This document shows positions 1-13,440 of a stretch of 64,000 nt of DNA, one piece after another; position 1 is the stretch's first letter, and every line of letters starts with the position of its first letter. The position numbers and the translations under genes were made by a program. The notes under the pieces were generated by a model. The model saw nothing but the letters and a program-made list of their open reading frames with translations. It was not told where the DNA came from and made no database searches. The stretch comes from Geosiphon pyriformis uo1 (Eukaryota; Fungi; Glomeromycota), in contig JAAOMT010000061.1 in NCBI GenBank assembly GCA_016748015.1, positions 248,001 through 312,000 of the forward strand. The letters are read 5' to 3'.

Positions 1-1399
1 TAAAAATGAATAGTTTAAACAACTATACAGATTTTTATTTTAGATATTGATATTAAAAAAATACACATCAATTTTAATAGAACTTAATCTTAAGAAGAAA
101 AAAATATTACCTAATAAAAATCCAAAAAAATTAAAAGTAATAATATTATAATATATTAACTAATTATTAAATAATATTATAAACAGTACAGATTAACAAA
201 AAAATTAGAAAATAGAATATACACACAATAATATGTAAAATATATTTTATTTAATATAATTACAAACAAGTAAACCAAAAAGCACTCATAATTAAACAGA
301 AGACCTAATAACTTAACAATTACTAACTAATTAGTTAGCATAGGCAGAATTATATATAACTTAAAATATGTATATATATGATAGCTTTCTAATTAGAAAA
401 AAAAAAAAAAAAAAAAAGAGAATAATAAAGAACAAAAAAGTTAATTAGACAAAATAAAAACGAAGAAAAAGTGAAAAAATTGGATTATAATCTTAAAAAA
501 AGCTAAATAATATGCTTTTCAAGCTTTGTATTATTTACTAATACTAAGATCAATAAAATTGAAGAATTTTTTTTTTTATAATTTAGTTTCTTGTAAATAA
601 TCAAAAAAGCTATTACTTCTTTTTTACTATCATTTTTTTATTGAAAAAAAAACAACAATAAAAACATCTAACATGTCAACAAAAACATGAATAAAACCCA
701 AGCTTAACAAAATTAAAAACACATTAAAAAAATATTAAATACATAAAATTATCTAGAAAATACTTGTAACATCTTAGCCAAAATCAATAATCAACTTAAA
801 AATTCAGAATAAGTTCTCTATATCTTTGGAAAAATAATTTTTAATTAAAATTATTTTACGAATATTAATTTTTGTTGAATTCTACTTTTTATTTTTTATT
901 TTTTATTTTTTTTAAATTTATTAAAAATAAAATATTGCTTTATTACAAGCAAATAAATACAGATATTTGATATTAATATGAAATAAAAAGTGTATTTCTG
1001 CAAGAATCTTAAGGAAAAACATAATTAAAAATATAAGGATACAACAAAATTCTTTTTTGGAAAATTAGTATAACAGCAACTATTAACAGCAATTTTGACA
1101 GAAATATTATTCCATATACCAAATCTAATAATAAAAACACTTATCAAAAAAAATTATCTAATATTTGTTAAGAAATTAAAAAAACTTATTAAGCTAATCT
1201 TTAAATTTTTAAATAAGAAAATAATAATAATATATTAAATAAAAATTCAGCATAAATCAAAAACAGCACTAATTGAAACTCATATACTTATTTTTATGTT
1301 AAAATTAGATAATTCACTATATTATTGCTTGATCTAAAAAGCTGTAGAAATTAATTATAGTATAACCATTAGAAATAAGAGAAAAAATTTATAACAGCA

Positions 1400-1565
1400 G
1401 ATTTTTAAACCAGCCAAATCAAAGTCAAAACCACTAGTAAAAAAGTCTATTAGTTTTATTACAACAAAAAATAATGTAGTAAAAGAAATAACTAAAAGAA
1501 AAAAGAGAAAAAAAATAAGAAAAACTATTTTTTTAATAACTCTAAACTTTTATTGTAACCAGAAG
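1400..1565 (-). mobile_element. Isolated 5' end fragment of a LINE-family element (decayed)
   Basis: Colinear with 40930-41095 (cagccaaatcaaagtcaaaaccactagt...ttttattacaacaaaaa...taactctaaacttttattgtaac), the 5' end of the minus-strand LINE at 37.15-41.1 kb. Confidence 0.55.
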
Positions 1566-1921
1566 ATCAACAAAAAAAGAGTTTTTTTTATATTAATTTT
1601 AAGATTTATATTTTTAAAATACATAATTATATTATTAATTACAAAAAAAACCCAAAATTTTTAATAAAGTTATTAATATATATTGTTAAATCTTTTAAAT
1701 TACATAATAATAAATAGTTAACAAGATTAAAAATAACCAAAACCAAAAAAATATTATTATTAACAAATACAAATTTTATAATATCTGTTTTTATATATAT
1801 ATTAAACATTAAATACAGCAAAAAATTGATATAAAATTTAAATTTATTTATAAAACAAAAAATAGATATATTATTATTTAAAATAAAAAAATACATAATT
1901 ATAATATATTATAATATTAAG

Positions 1922-4210
1922 TTTTTTTTATTAAAATTTAATAAGCATAGTCTAATTATTATTTAGAAATTAGAAACAAACTAAGTATTCTAAGACTAAA
2001 TATAATTTATATGCTTTTTATATATAATTAGCTACTTAAATTAGTTCAAACTATATTATATTGATACAACAAAAGTAAATTTATTCAAAGCTAACATTTT
2101 TGAACTACATTAAACAATTTAACACTACAAAAGACCAATTCAATTAGCTATTTAACTGTTTTTAAGAGATTAATTTTAATACTATTAAGTTTATATACTC
2201 AAAAAAACATTAAATTAGAAAATATATTATTATTAATGCCAACCAAAAGATCCGAATTACCAAACATGTTAATATTATCTATACAGCACTTTTTTTTAGT
2301 AAAACCACTTTTTTTTCTAATTTACCAATAATTTTGCTAAAAAAACTTAAATAAATTATAAATTTATTAATCTTAAGATTAAAAACACTACTTAAAACCA
2401 AATTTTTTTTAATAAATTATTTAAACACAACAATTAAAAAACCAACAGACTTAACAATTGATTCAATTAAAGCAAAAAGTTTGGCCAAATCAAATTTTAA
2501 AAAAGTCAAGTAAAAAGACATCAAAGAATTACTAATAACTATAAAAAGAAAAACAAAAGTTATCAAAGATAAAAATTCATGAAAGCTTAAAAAAACAAAA
2601 GATTTGATATAAGACTTAGCATTTACAAAATATAATATAAACATCTTGAAAACCTTAAAACTTTTGGGAAAAAAAAGTGAAAACATTTTATAGTCTACAG
2701 CTAAATGATTTACTTTTTGATACTTAAAACAATACTAACAACCAGAAGTCTTTTATCAGATACAACATTTTTTTAGTGTATTAGTCTTGATTATTACAAT
2801 ATTTAAATTAGTTTAAAATTTAAACATAACCAAAGTAAACTGAGAACAATGACCAAAATCAGAAGAACAGAAAATAAAACAAGTTTGATTACCAATCTAA
2901 AAGATTATATTACTAATTTTAAAGACAGTACAGCCAAAAAAAAATTAACCAACTTGGTTTTAAACTTATCACAAGACAAAATAGTCTTATTTTAATTAAT
3001 TAAAAGAAAAATTTTAATATTATTCTTGTCTATTAATACCAATTAATAATTTAAAACAGATGTAGTAGCATTCAGTTCTTTAAAATTAACAATAATATAT
3101 TGTCAAACATTAACAGATTTCAGTACAACATAGACAATTTTACTAAAAACACTAAATATTGTCTTAATATTAATAATAAACACACCCAAAAACATATTAC
3201 ACAAAGCAATAGCAGCAAAAAAAAAACCAGACTTAAATACTATCAAAGATTTGGTAATTTTAAAAGTAATTAAGTAAACAGAACTTGTAAACTTAACCAG
3301 AAATACAGTTTTTAAAGACTTTTAAAAAGCAAATTCTATGCAAAAAAGCTTTATATTATTCTTTAATACTGATTTAATACTCAAAAAACCATGCACAGAC
3401 TGAAAAACAGTCTTAACATAAGTCAATTTAATCTTAAAAATAATATTAAGCACCAAAATAGAAGTTATTTATTCAATAAACTTTTGACAGCTAGAAATAG
3501 TTTTCTAAGCACCACTAATGGCAGTATTAAAAACTAGCAGAAAAGATAAATCAGTTTTTATTTAATCAATTCAGTTCCCAAAAAAAAATAATTCAACAAA
3601 AAATTGTTGTTTTGTTTTTAAAACTAGTAATAATTTGCTAAAAGACACTATATTTAGTAATATAACCAATGGTTAATTTTGGTTCATTTTAGATAATAGA
3701 CTAGATAATACAACAAAGATTTTATCTAAAATTTTATAAAAATTACAAAGGAGTTTGATATAACAATAATAGAAGTAAGTAGTTGTTCTTACTTTTTTAA
3801 AACTTTGGTTTTTTTGACCATAATTTTTAAAAAAATAGTATTAAAGACACCAAATATAAAAACTATAGTAAAAAAGCTAGCTTATTAACTAGTCTATTAT
3901 TAAAAACTTTTAGGCTCTTAAAAGAAATAAAAACAATATTGAGATTAATCCAAGTGTGTTTCTTTAAAAAAACTTTAACTAATAAAAAACCAGCCAAAAA
4001 TAAGAAAAATGCTTCAGTAATCACAAAAAATAGTTTTTCACTATTATTAGCTAAAAAAAAAGCTTTTAAAATTTTCTAATTAGCTGTTTTTATAACAGAA
4101 AAAAAATTTTTAATTAAAATTTTATAAGATACCAAAGAAAAAATATTAATTACAACTTTTTTATTATTATAGTTATAAAATTAAGAAGACAAAAAGGTTT
4201 TAAATTTTTT
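1922..4210 (-). mobile_element. Non-autonomous ORF1-only retroelement carrying the LINE 3' tail (decayed)
   Basis: The minus strand encodes a broken ORF1-like protein (RRM-like segment at ~2880-3200, helical C-terminus to ~2056). It runs directly into the conserved LINE 3' motifs (~1938-2050) and an A tail. No EN, RT or RNase H remnant is visible in between. Confidence 0.6.
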
Positions 4211-4789
4211 TTTTAATAAACCAATAATTTCTATTAAGAAACAATTTATAAAATTCATAATAATAAAGATTAATAATAAAAAAAAGTAATAATTTTTTAT
4301 TTAAAAATATACAAATTTATAAACTTATATAAAAAAATTTTTTAAACAAGCTAAAATTATTTTTAAATTTTAATATTAAAACAAATTTATTTTTAATTTA
4401 TATTTATATTAAAAACTTAATATTATATAATAAAAAATAATTAATATTAATTAAAAAATTATTAAATAAATTAGTTTTAAGTCTAAAATATTTATAAATT
4501 AATTAATTTATTTTTTTAAAAAATTGTTATTTATAAAATTACATATAATAATAAACTATTAAAATTAAAAAATTAAATTGCAATAAATTTTAATATTTAA
4601 ATTTGTTATTTTTAAATTAAAAGTATTTAAATACTTTATAAAAAACATAATACTTAAATATTTGTATAATTTATTTAATTTAATAATTTTTATAAATATA
4701 TAAATTGATTATATTAATTTAATAATAATAATAATTTTATTATTATTTATAAAAACATTATTAATTATAAAAAACTAATTTATAATATT

Positions 4790-7700
4790 TAATTCTCTTA
4801 GATCAAATTTTTTTGACTTGCAGCAAATTTGGCATTTTTTGTGAAGATAATTTTTTAGTTTTAAAAAATATTTTAATACAGTCTTTTATTTTTATAGTTG
4901 GCTTAATAATTAATAATGTTCTGAAAAAAAACAGGAAAGTTTGGTTGGTTTTATAAAACATATATAAAATATATAATTTAGTTAGATAATATTATTTAAA
5001 AACTAGTTTATGATGTATCAAGATGTGTAAAAAGTTTATTAATTTTTTTGGTAGTATTTATAAGGATAAATTGAATAGAGTTAAGACAGATTTTGGTCTT
5101 ATAGATGACTATCAAATATATGATAATTTCAATTAGGGTAAGATGTTCTCCTTTTTTCTTTAGAGAATCTTCTATAATTCACTTTTATGTAAGATTAAAA
5201 AACAAAAATGTTTATGTAAATACTGAATTGATACCAAATTTGTGGCTAAAACTAAGAGAGTAGAAGGCATAGAAGAAGTGACTTTATTTTTTGCAGCTAA
5301 TGCTTTGTTAATAATACTATTTAGATTAGAAATAGCCAAGCTGCTATTTAACATATATTGAATGTCACCAGTAAATTTTTTCAATTAATGACATCTTAAT
5401 TAATAATAATAAAACAGTGGCTATTTTTATTAATTAAAAGATTAAAAATGCTTCTTTGAATATTAATGAATTGCCAATTTTGATTTTTAGAAGTAGAATA
5501 CTAAAGAAATATTTGAAAATTTTTTATCTACTGTTGGAGACCCAGTTTGATCAAGATTTAATTTAATGTTAAGTTTTTTTCTAATATAATTTTGAGAAAA
5601 ACTATTACAGATAAGCAGTTTTTGTATTTGATTTCAATTGTTTTACAACCTATTGTCAACTATTGTTTACAATTTAGTTTTATTTTTTTAGTAGTCTGTT
5701 ATTAGTAAGATGTTTTGATTAGAAAAAATCTTAAGTTGAAAACTAGTTTGCCCTAAGATTTTCCAAATAAAACATTGTATTATTCTTTATTATATGGTCT
5801 AAAAACTTTTAAACAAATTTAGATGGAAAAAAAAGTTGCTTCTGTTGTCATGTTTGCTAATGTTTTTGGAATTTTCAGTCAGCTTTTTAAGCACAGATTT
5901 TTAGATCTGCAGGTTTTGAACTAAATATTTTTGAATCTTTTGTAGTATCTTGTAAGATTATGTGTTAATATTTCTAACAATTTTTTGGCTGGTGTAGTTT
6001 GTATTTTTTTGGACAATAATTTTTCTTTGGTGAATATTTTATCTTGTGTATTTTATAGTTGTGAGAGATTTTTTATGTCAAGTGTCTTGAGAATTTTATT
6101 GTTTTATGAAAAATTTGGCTTTTTAAAACAATTTAATATGATTTTTTGTAACAGACTTCTTGATAAATAAGGTGTAATTATGAATTAGAAAACTTTTTGT
6201 TATTGAAAAAAGTTAGATTTCAAAAGTCTAGTGCCTTCTTGGTTTGTTTTGACTTTAAAATTTTTGTATAATACTAGACTGGCCTCTTCTGGTTTGGATT
6301 TTATTTTGGTAAATGGTAGTGTTTTGTCTTTAATTTAATTTTTAATCTTAAAAGATCATTTTTTTAAAGTCTGATTGAATGAATTTAATGTTTATATAAA
6401 TGACTCTTTAAAAGAGCTGAGTTTTTTTGCTGTGACTAATGCAACTACTGTGTATTTTTTAAAAGTTGATTTGGGTTTTAATGTTAAGATTAATAGTTTG
6501 CTATTATCAATAATAATTGAGTTGCAGACTGTAAGTCTTGCTTTAGAATATATGCTATTTTTTTGTATTGTGGTTGTGTATTTGGACAGTTAGATAGCCA
6601 TAAATGTGTTTATCTTAGAATTGGGTATATTAAGTCCTAATTTTTGTAACTGTTGCTGAATAAAAAGAAGGCATATTGTAAACTTAATTAGTAACAAGAA
6701 TCTGTTGGTTGTTTGGTTGAAAGTTAAGAAATATTTAAGTGTCTTGGATAATGTTTGTGCAAATTCTTTGGCAAGTGAAACTATTTATTTCTTTTTGTTA
6801 TTGCCTAACAATGTACACAAATGCTTTGTCAAGGCTGGTAAGTTGTCAATGTCTGGTAATATTTGTTATTTTGTTATAAATATATATAGATTAGTAAATT
6901 GTGCTCATTGAAAAAATGGTTCTAGCTCTAGATTGTTAGATGTTTTATCAGATTGTAGAGTTGATTAAATCTGGACTACTGTAGTTTAACATCTAAATTT
7001 GCATATATTAGCCAGCTTAATAAGTAAGATTTTAACTAATTTACATATGTACTTTATAAAAGTGGTACATAGAAGACTGCTTATTGTTATCAGAAAAAGA
7101 CTTTATAACAAAAAATATTCAGGTGTTTTGTGCTTACAGTGTAGAAAAATTGAGTTTTTTAATCATGTGTTTATATGTTCCAAAGAGTCTGATTTTCATA
7201 GAAGAATTTTAATCAAGCAAATTATGATTTAGAAGTTTTTGGCTGAATTTTGTATTTTATTGTTTTTAGTAATCATAGAATCTCTTTTCTTGTAAGTATT
7301 TAATATTGGCTGGTATGCTTTTTTTTGCAAAAACTTTATGTTTATAAGTTGATATAGTAAGACCATACAGGTATTTAATAACCATAAGAAGACTGCACAG
7401 ATTTTGGTTAATTTTGTGCATGGTTTAAGTAAATGGCACCATTCTGAATTGTGGAGATTCAAGTCTAAATACCAAGTAGATATAAAGAAGAGTGATTTGG
7501 TTGGTAATTTCGAAATAATACCAGTTTTGGCTTACTGTTTGGTGTTAAGTTTGTCAGATAAGGTGGTTTGTTTACTTGATATTGATAAATTTTTTAGAGT
7601 TAGCTTTGGTTTTTATAAGCCATGTTTGTTTTTTTCTGGTCTGAGTAGTATAATAACAGTTTATATAAAGGCTTAGTGTTGTTTTGATTAGTCCAAGTGA

Positions 7701-7815
7701 CTGGTTATATGTAAAAAAAGCATAAATTATGTTTAGCTAAGGTTTTTAATTTTGATTTTATATACTAGATAGTAATTGGGCTGTATTCATTAAATAATAA
7801 TAATAATAAAAATAA
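4790..7815 (+). mobile_element. 5'-truncated LINE: RT C-terminal half, RNase H, CCHC finger, 3' UTR, (TAA)n tail
   Basis: Decayed RT motifs: GKMFS.FL*RIFY at ~5136-5175 and AFVNN (from FVDD) at ~5300-5315. RNase H segments NVYINDSL (6375 ORF) and WLKVKKYLSVLDNVCAN (6705 ORF). CLQCRKIEFFNHVFIC finger (6999 ORF). Conserved 3' motifs at 7676-7793. Confidence 0.85.
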
Positions 7816-8194
7816 TATTATTCAAAATTTTTTAAGTAATAGTATAATAATTATTAATTTAAATTATATTTTTAAAAAAATATTAGTAACAAATACATAA
7901 TTGGATTTAAATTTTAATGTAATTTATTGGTTTTACTAATAAATTTTGTATTTATTTTGTATTTATATAAATTTGCATTATTTTTAATTTTATATAAAAA
8001 AAATTATAAAAAACTTTATTTTAATTTAACTTATTATATATAATTATTAATTAAACTAAAATTAATCATAATTTTATTATCTTTGTTATTGTAAATATTT
8101 CCAAAAAATAAATAAATTTATTGCAAATTTTTGATTTTTATTAAACTGTTTTATAAATATATTTAACTTACTAAATTATAAACTTTATATATGT

Positions 8195-9047
8195 TGTTAC
8201 AGATAACTATTTCTGGTGTTGGATTAAATAACAAATCTGTAACTTGGTGCTCAAATTTAGTTGCAGTTGATAGTGATCTGAAGATTTGTGTCTGAAGGTT
8301 TGTATCCAAAGGGTTTGGTTGAATTTTTTGTATAATAAACAGAGATTCAATGGTAATAGTTTTATCTGTAGCTTTCCAAAACTGCAGTTTTGTCAATTTT
8401 TTTCTCAGCTTAATGGCTGGTATTCCTCCTGGTAAGCTATCCTCAATTGAGTGTTCTACTCTTATTTCTGGGTCTTTTACCAGTCACATTTATCCTGACG
8501 TCAATACCCTGTACATTAATCCTCAATAGAGTTAGTAAACAACAATAAAATCAAAGCAAAAAATAAAGAAAAGAAAAGTAAATAAAAAAAGAAAAGAAAT
8601 AAGCCAAGGTGATTTACAAGTTAGTATTTCATCAATAGCCATGATCAAGAGCTATTGTTCTAGTATGGTTAAGTATCAATTACTATCAACATGAAGTGTT
8701 GATAGTGGCAGCAGATTTGAGATAACAAACAGTTATTTATTTGTGGTTTGGAAAGTTGTCTAGATGAAATCTAAACTGAGAGGTCTGTTTTTTTAGCTTC
8801 TAATCCTACTGCTATATATACATAATTGAGATTCCTTAATTCCTCAATTTTTCACAACAGGAATTCTGCAATTTCTTTGAAAGGAATCCTGGAATTCTGG
8901 AATCCTGTAATTCTTTGTAAGAATCTTGTAATTCCTGAAATTCTGCAATTCTTAAGAGGAATCCTGGAATTCCATATTTTACTATGTCTATTTCTGATTG
9001 GTTAATAACTATGCTAATATATATTCTTTATATTTCTATGAGTAATA
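8195..9047 (-). repeat. 3' LTR of Gypsy-1
   Basis: Direct repeat of 17422-18290. Starts TGTTACAG and ends AGTAATA (from AGTAACA). Contains GGAATTCC-type repeats and a TATATATA box. Confidence 0.95.
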
Positions 9048-9062
9048 TTATTCCCTCCTTTT
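9048..9062 (-). promoter_or_regulatory. Polypurine tract of Gypsy-1
   Basis: AAAAGGAGGGAATAA on the minus strand, immediately upstream of the 3' LTR. Confidence 0.85.
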
Positions 9063-9719
9063 AATATTGAGCTCTGTTGAAATCTAACTCTGTTAATTTC
9101 TTTTCTTGAAGTATTTCCTAAATTTTATTTTCGAAATTACTTGTGTTATTTGAATCTGTAATTCTTCAAATTAAGTGTTGGTGATCTTTTCTAATTGATT
9201 ACTGGTAACCGTATTCATTGTTTTGTTAAGTAAGATTTCTGGTTGATCTTGAAATACTGTGTGTATTTGGTATATGGTTTAGGCCTGTGTGGATAAGTTG
9301 TTCTTTCCCACAAAGTGTTTTAATTGTTGTAGTATTCTTGTGTCAAATAATTGCTTTGTTTTATCTGTATATAGATTTTGGATATTCACATGTTGTTCCA
9401 AGTAAAAATAACAATAGTTTCTTGGAAATTGTTGTATCCACCAATTCCAAGTTTCTTTAGTCAACTCTTGGTATAGTGACTTTTTTGTCAACTCTTTTAT
9501 TGTTAATTTTACTTTCACAATAATTTTGTCAACAGTATTTTCTGTTTTTTTCTGTGTTCTATGTGGTGAGGTTTTTTTAGTGTCTTGATATTAGATAGTT
9601 TGTTGATTAATTGTAATTTCCATCTCTTAGTGTTGAATCAATTGAAAGAGTTGTTGTGCTAGTAAGTGGATATTGGTTGTAATTTCCATTTTTCTGATAT
9701 TTCTTGTCATGTCTACCAT
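9063..9719 (-). pseudogene. Extra ORF (ORF3) between integrase and PPT of Gypsy-1, broken
   Basis: About 220 codons of protein-like sequence (MVDMTRNIRKMEITTNIHLLAQQLFQL...; ORF 9279-9518 KETWNWWIQQFPRNYCYF...). It has stops explicable by C>T transitions and one frameshift. Confidence 0.55.
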
Positions 9720-9729
9720 GTCTTTATAT

Positions 9730-11050
9730 ATTCTTTTGATGGATTAATTTAACGTGTTGTTGTCAATGATGATGATTGGTTCCAGATCTCGTGGAATCTT
9801 ATTTGGTTGGACTAGTATCCTTTGTACTCCAAATTGTGAAATATTACTGGTGAATGGTAGTGTAATGTTGTGGTAGAGTTTTAGTCGATCTCCATGTGCT
9901 GCTTTGGTTAAGATTTTGTTATCCAGTCTTAATTTGTAAGCTCCATTCCCTAGAATTTCTTCTATGTGAAATGGTCTATCCTATTTGGGGTCAAATTTTC
10001 CACTTTATTGTTTTTCCGTTTTAGTATAATGTAAGAGTACTTTGTCTCCAATCTTGAATTCAACTGGTTTGTTTGGTAGTTGATTATCATGTTTTTTTTT
10101 CTGTTTCTCTTGTGACTTTTGTATGTTATCAGCTGTTCTTTTTTGTTTGTTTTCCAATGTTTCCATTAAGTCATATGTTCTTCTTAACAATGTTTCTTGG
10201 AAATTCTCTTCTGTTATTGGTTCAGTTGGATATGTGTTAATCTCTATCTCAACTGGTAATATTGCTGTTCTACCATATATCAATTCAAATGGTATTGCTT
10301 GTGTGGTGTCTTGCTTCATTGTCCGATAAGCAAATAATACTGATGGTATGAACAAATCCCATTTGTCCTGGTTTTCTTGGCTGAGTTTTGCTATTGTTTT
10401 ACACAATGTTCTATTAAATCTTTCAACTAATCTATTGGTTTGTGGATGGTATGGTGATGATAATAATCTTTTAATTCCGAATTTTTGGCTTAGTTCTGCT
10501 AATGTTCTATTCACAAAATAATAGGTTCCTTGGTTTGATAATAGTTCTTTTGGACATCTATGTCAACAAATCAGATCTTGATGGACAAATTTGGCAACAG
10601 ATTCTGCATCTGCTCTTTGAATTGCTTTGGCTTCTGGTCATTTAGTAAGATAGTCCATGGCTACTGCAATATATCTGTTGTCTTTGCTGGTAATTGTCAA
10701 TGGTCTGACTAAATCGATTCCAATGCAGTCAAATAGTTGTCCTACTTTAATTGGTCTCAATGGTTTGCTGGGTCTTGTTCCTCTTCTTTTTTGACAAGCA
10801 TCACAATTTTGCACATATTGGATGATGTCTGGATACATTGATGACCAATAGTATTTCTTTCTGGTTCTTTCTATTGTTGCTTCTTTATGAAAATGTTCTG
10901 CAGTTGGATCTGAGTACATGTTGAACAGTATTGTCTCCTTTTCTGGTTCTGTAATTACTCTGGTTGGTTGATCTGAATCTTTTCTATTTTTCTGATAAAG
11001 TATATTTTGGTGAATGATAAAATATTTGGATTGTTGTTTGATCCTCTTTT
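9730..11050 (-). pseudogene. pol: Integrase of Gypsy-1 (HHCC remnant, DDE core, GPF/Y motif; no chromodomain seen)
   Basis: EHFHKEAT...CDACQ, IGIDLVRP, SSPYHPQTNRLVERFNRTL, FKIGDKVLL, then a decayed W.GPF motif. Confidence 0.93.
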
Positions 11051-11205
11051 GTTCTGGTTGAGATAATTTCTCCTTGAACTGTTGAGTATCTATATAATGT
11101 TGAAGTTGTTGATATTTTTGTGTGTTTATCTTTTGTTATATTTTCGTGAGTATTGTTTTGGTTTTGTTATATTTTTGGGTTGAAATGTTCTTAGATTTGT
11201 CTCAT

Positions 11206-11560
11206 TCATGACAAACCATCAGCATTTCCATTGTCTTTTCCCTTTTTATAATGTATGGTATAAATATATGTCAAAAGAGCCATTTTCCATCTTGACTGTC
11301 TTTCATCTCCAAATTTTTGTTTTTGAAGTAATGTCAATCTTTTGTGATCTGTGTACACCTCAAACTTTTGGCTCAAGTATTCTTTCCATTTCATAACTGT
11401 CCAATAGATTGCTAGATGTTTTAATTCTGGTGTTCCATAGTTCTTTTTGGCTGGAGTCAAATCTCGGCTGGCATATGTGACTGGATGTTTTCTTCCATCT
11501 AATCCTCTCTGAGATAGTACTGCTCCCAATGCTTAACTTGATACATCAGTGGTGATAATG
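11206..11560 (-). pseudogene. pol: RNase H of Gypsy-1
   Basis: ITTDVSS, GAVLSQ, YASRDL...NYGTPEL, VYTDHK, NGNADGLS. Confidence 0.93.
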
Positions 11561-12500
11561 AATGGTTTACTATGATCTGAATAGATCAATACTAGAGCTT
11601 GAATAAGCTTTCTTCTTAAGATGTCAAATGCTTTTTGCTGAGTTTCAGTCCATTCATACTTTGCATTTTTGGTTTGAAAATCATTGAGTGGTTGTGCTAT
11701 CTTTGAAAAGTTCTTTATGAAGTGTCTATAATAGCTCACAAATCCCAACAATGATTTCAGCTCAGTTACGTTGGTTGGTATTGGAAAGTTCTTTACTATC
11801 TCTATTTTCTTCAAATCTGTTTTTATGCCATCTTTGTTAACTATGTGTTCCAAAAATTTTAGTTCTGTTTTGCCAAAAAAACACTTTGTTGCATTCAATT
11901 TTAATTCTGCTTATCGTAGTCTTTTGAACACTTGTTGAAGATAATGTAGATGATTATCGAATGTTTTTGAGAATACATTGGTGTCATCCAAGTATACAAC
12001 TATTGATTTCCACAATAAGCCGGTATACACAATTTTCATTAACCATTGGAATGTAACTGGAGTATTGGTTAAGCCGAATGGCATAACTTTAAACTCAAAG
12101 TTTCCTTCTCTTGTGGTGAACACCATTTTTTCTTTGTCGGCTGGATCCATGGCTACTTGCCAGTACCCACTATTTAAGTCTAATGTTGAGAACCATTTGT
12201 TTCCACTGAAAGTGTCAAATAATTTTTGTATCCATGAAGTTGAATAGTTGTCTTTACAAGTTATACCATTGAGTTTCCTGTAGTCTACACAAAATTGGAT
12301 TTTTCTATTTTTCTTATGGACGAGTACTACTGGTAACAACTATGGGCTCATTGATGGCTGAATTAATCTGTTGTCAAGCATTTGGTTGATCTCTTAACAG
12401 ATGATTTCATGGCTGGATGGTGGTACCCTATATGCTCGCTGTTTGATTGGCATTGCATCTCCAGTCTTGATCTGATGCTAGATAATATCAGTTCTGCCAA
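11561..12500 (-). pseudogene. pol: Reverse transcriptase (plus connection) of Gypsy-1
   Basis: FCVDYRKLN, LDLNSGYWQ, VMPFGLTN, VYLDD, KCFFGKTELKFL. Confidence 0.95.
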
Positions 12501-12951
12501 ATTCGTTTTCACTAGTGAAAATGTCATTGAAATTATTGAGTAACATCTTTAGTTGCATCTGTTAAAGTGGGTCTAGATTTCTCATATTCATCTGTTCCAA
12601 TTGTTCTGGCTGTAACAGATAACATTCATTTCATCTATAGATGGTTTGTGATATAATGTCCACATATTTACAAAGCTGTGGAAAATCTGGAATACTGCTT
12701 GGTGCTTGAACTTCAATTTCTGTGGTTAAATATCCAAGAATAGTTCCTTCTGGTATCTCTACAACATTTCCGATGTTGTTGTAAATGGAAATTTTTATAT
12801 GGTTATGGCTCTTGGCTGGTATATATAGATTGATAAGTCCAATTTCTCCTGATTCACAAAGAGTTGCTTCTGCTTCAAAAATCTGTTTTTGCTTCTTCTC
12901 TCTCCTTTCTATTGCTAACATGTATTGGCTATATGGTGGAATAGAAATTGT

Positions 12952-13430
12952 TTAACTGGTTGAGATAATTTCTCCTTGGCCAATAATTTCTTTCTCCACT
13001 ATATTGATTGGTACATTTATTCTACTCATTAATCCAAATCCTTGTATCTCTCTTGCTGTTATCTTTAATTCTTTCCTATTTCTCACTGAAACTAACTGAG
13101 CTATTTTTACCAGAGACAGAAATATTGCCTGTGCTATCCTTTCATTTGGCTCTATAATATAGGCCTTTTCTGAGTCATTTTGTAACATAGCAATAATATT
13201 TCCTACATATTCTGCATTAATTATTCCTCCTCTGATGTTTATTTCCTTTTTTGCTAAACTATTCCTAGATGCTAATTGAACTATTGTTGTTGCTGGAATT
13301 TCCAGTGCTATTTTTAGATCGATACAAGTACATAAATAAGGTTCCAATTTGATGGCATCTTTTCCTGAATATCTCATATCAAATTTTGCATCAGTATTAT
13401 GTACACATTCTGGCATGATACTTTCATTAT
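12952..13430 (-). pseudogene. dut: dUTPase domain inside Gypsy-1 pol
   Basis: All five trimeric dUTPase motifs are present in order, allowing for G>A decay: DAKFDM (AGFDL), ASRNSLA (RSS), GGIINAEYVG (G.ID.GY.G), ERIAQAI, REIQGFG (RG.GFG). Confidence 0.9.
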
Positions 13431-13440
13431 TATCACTGAA

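Noticed and set aside
140-771. Possible LTR remnant (TATA-like box near 370, ends TGTAACA at 771)
   Set aside because: No partner LTR, TSD, PBS or clear similarity to other LTRs in the window; too decayed to support.
1639-1896. Short I/F/N/K-rich ORFs (also 2417, 21037, 25517, 26902, 42432, 62579 and antisense ORFs over pol)
   Set aside because: Compositional by-products of AT-eroded repeats or antisense shadows of retroelement genes; not independent genes.
8820-8975. GGAATTCC-type repeats as a CRISPR array or canonical heat-shock elements
   Set aside because: No constant repeat/unique spacer structure; they are LTR U3 repeats. TTCnnGAA dimers occur, but not clean three-unit nGAAn arrays.
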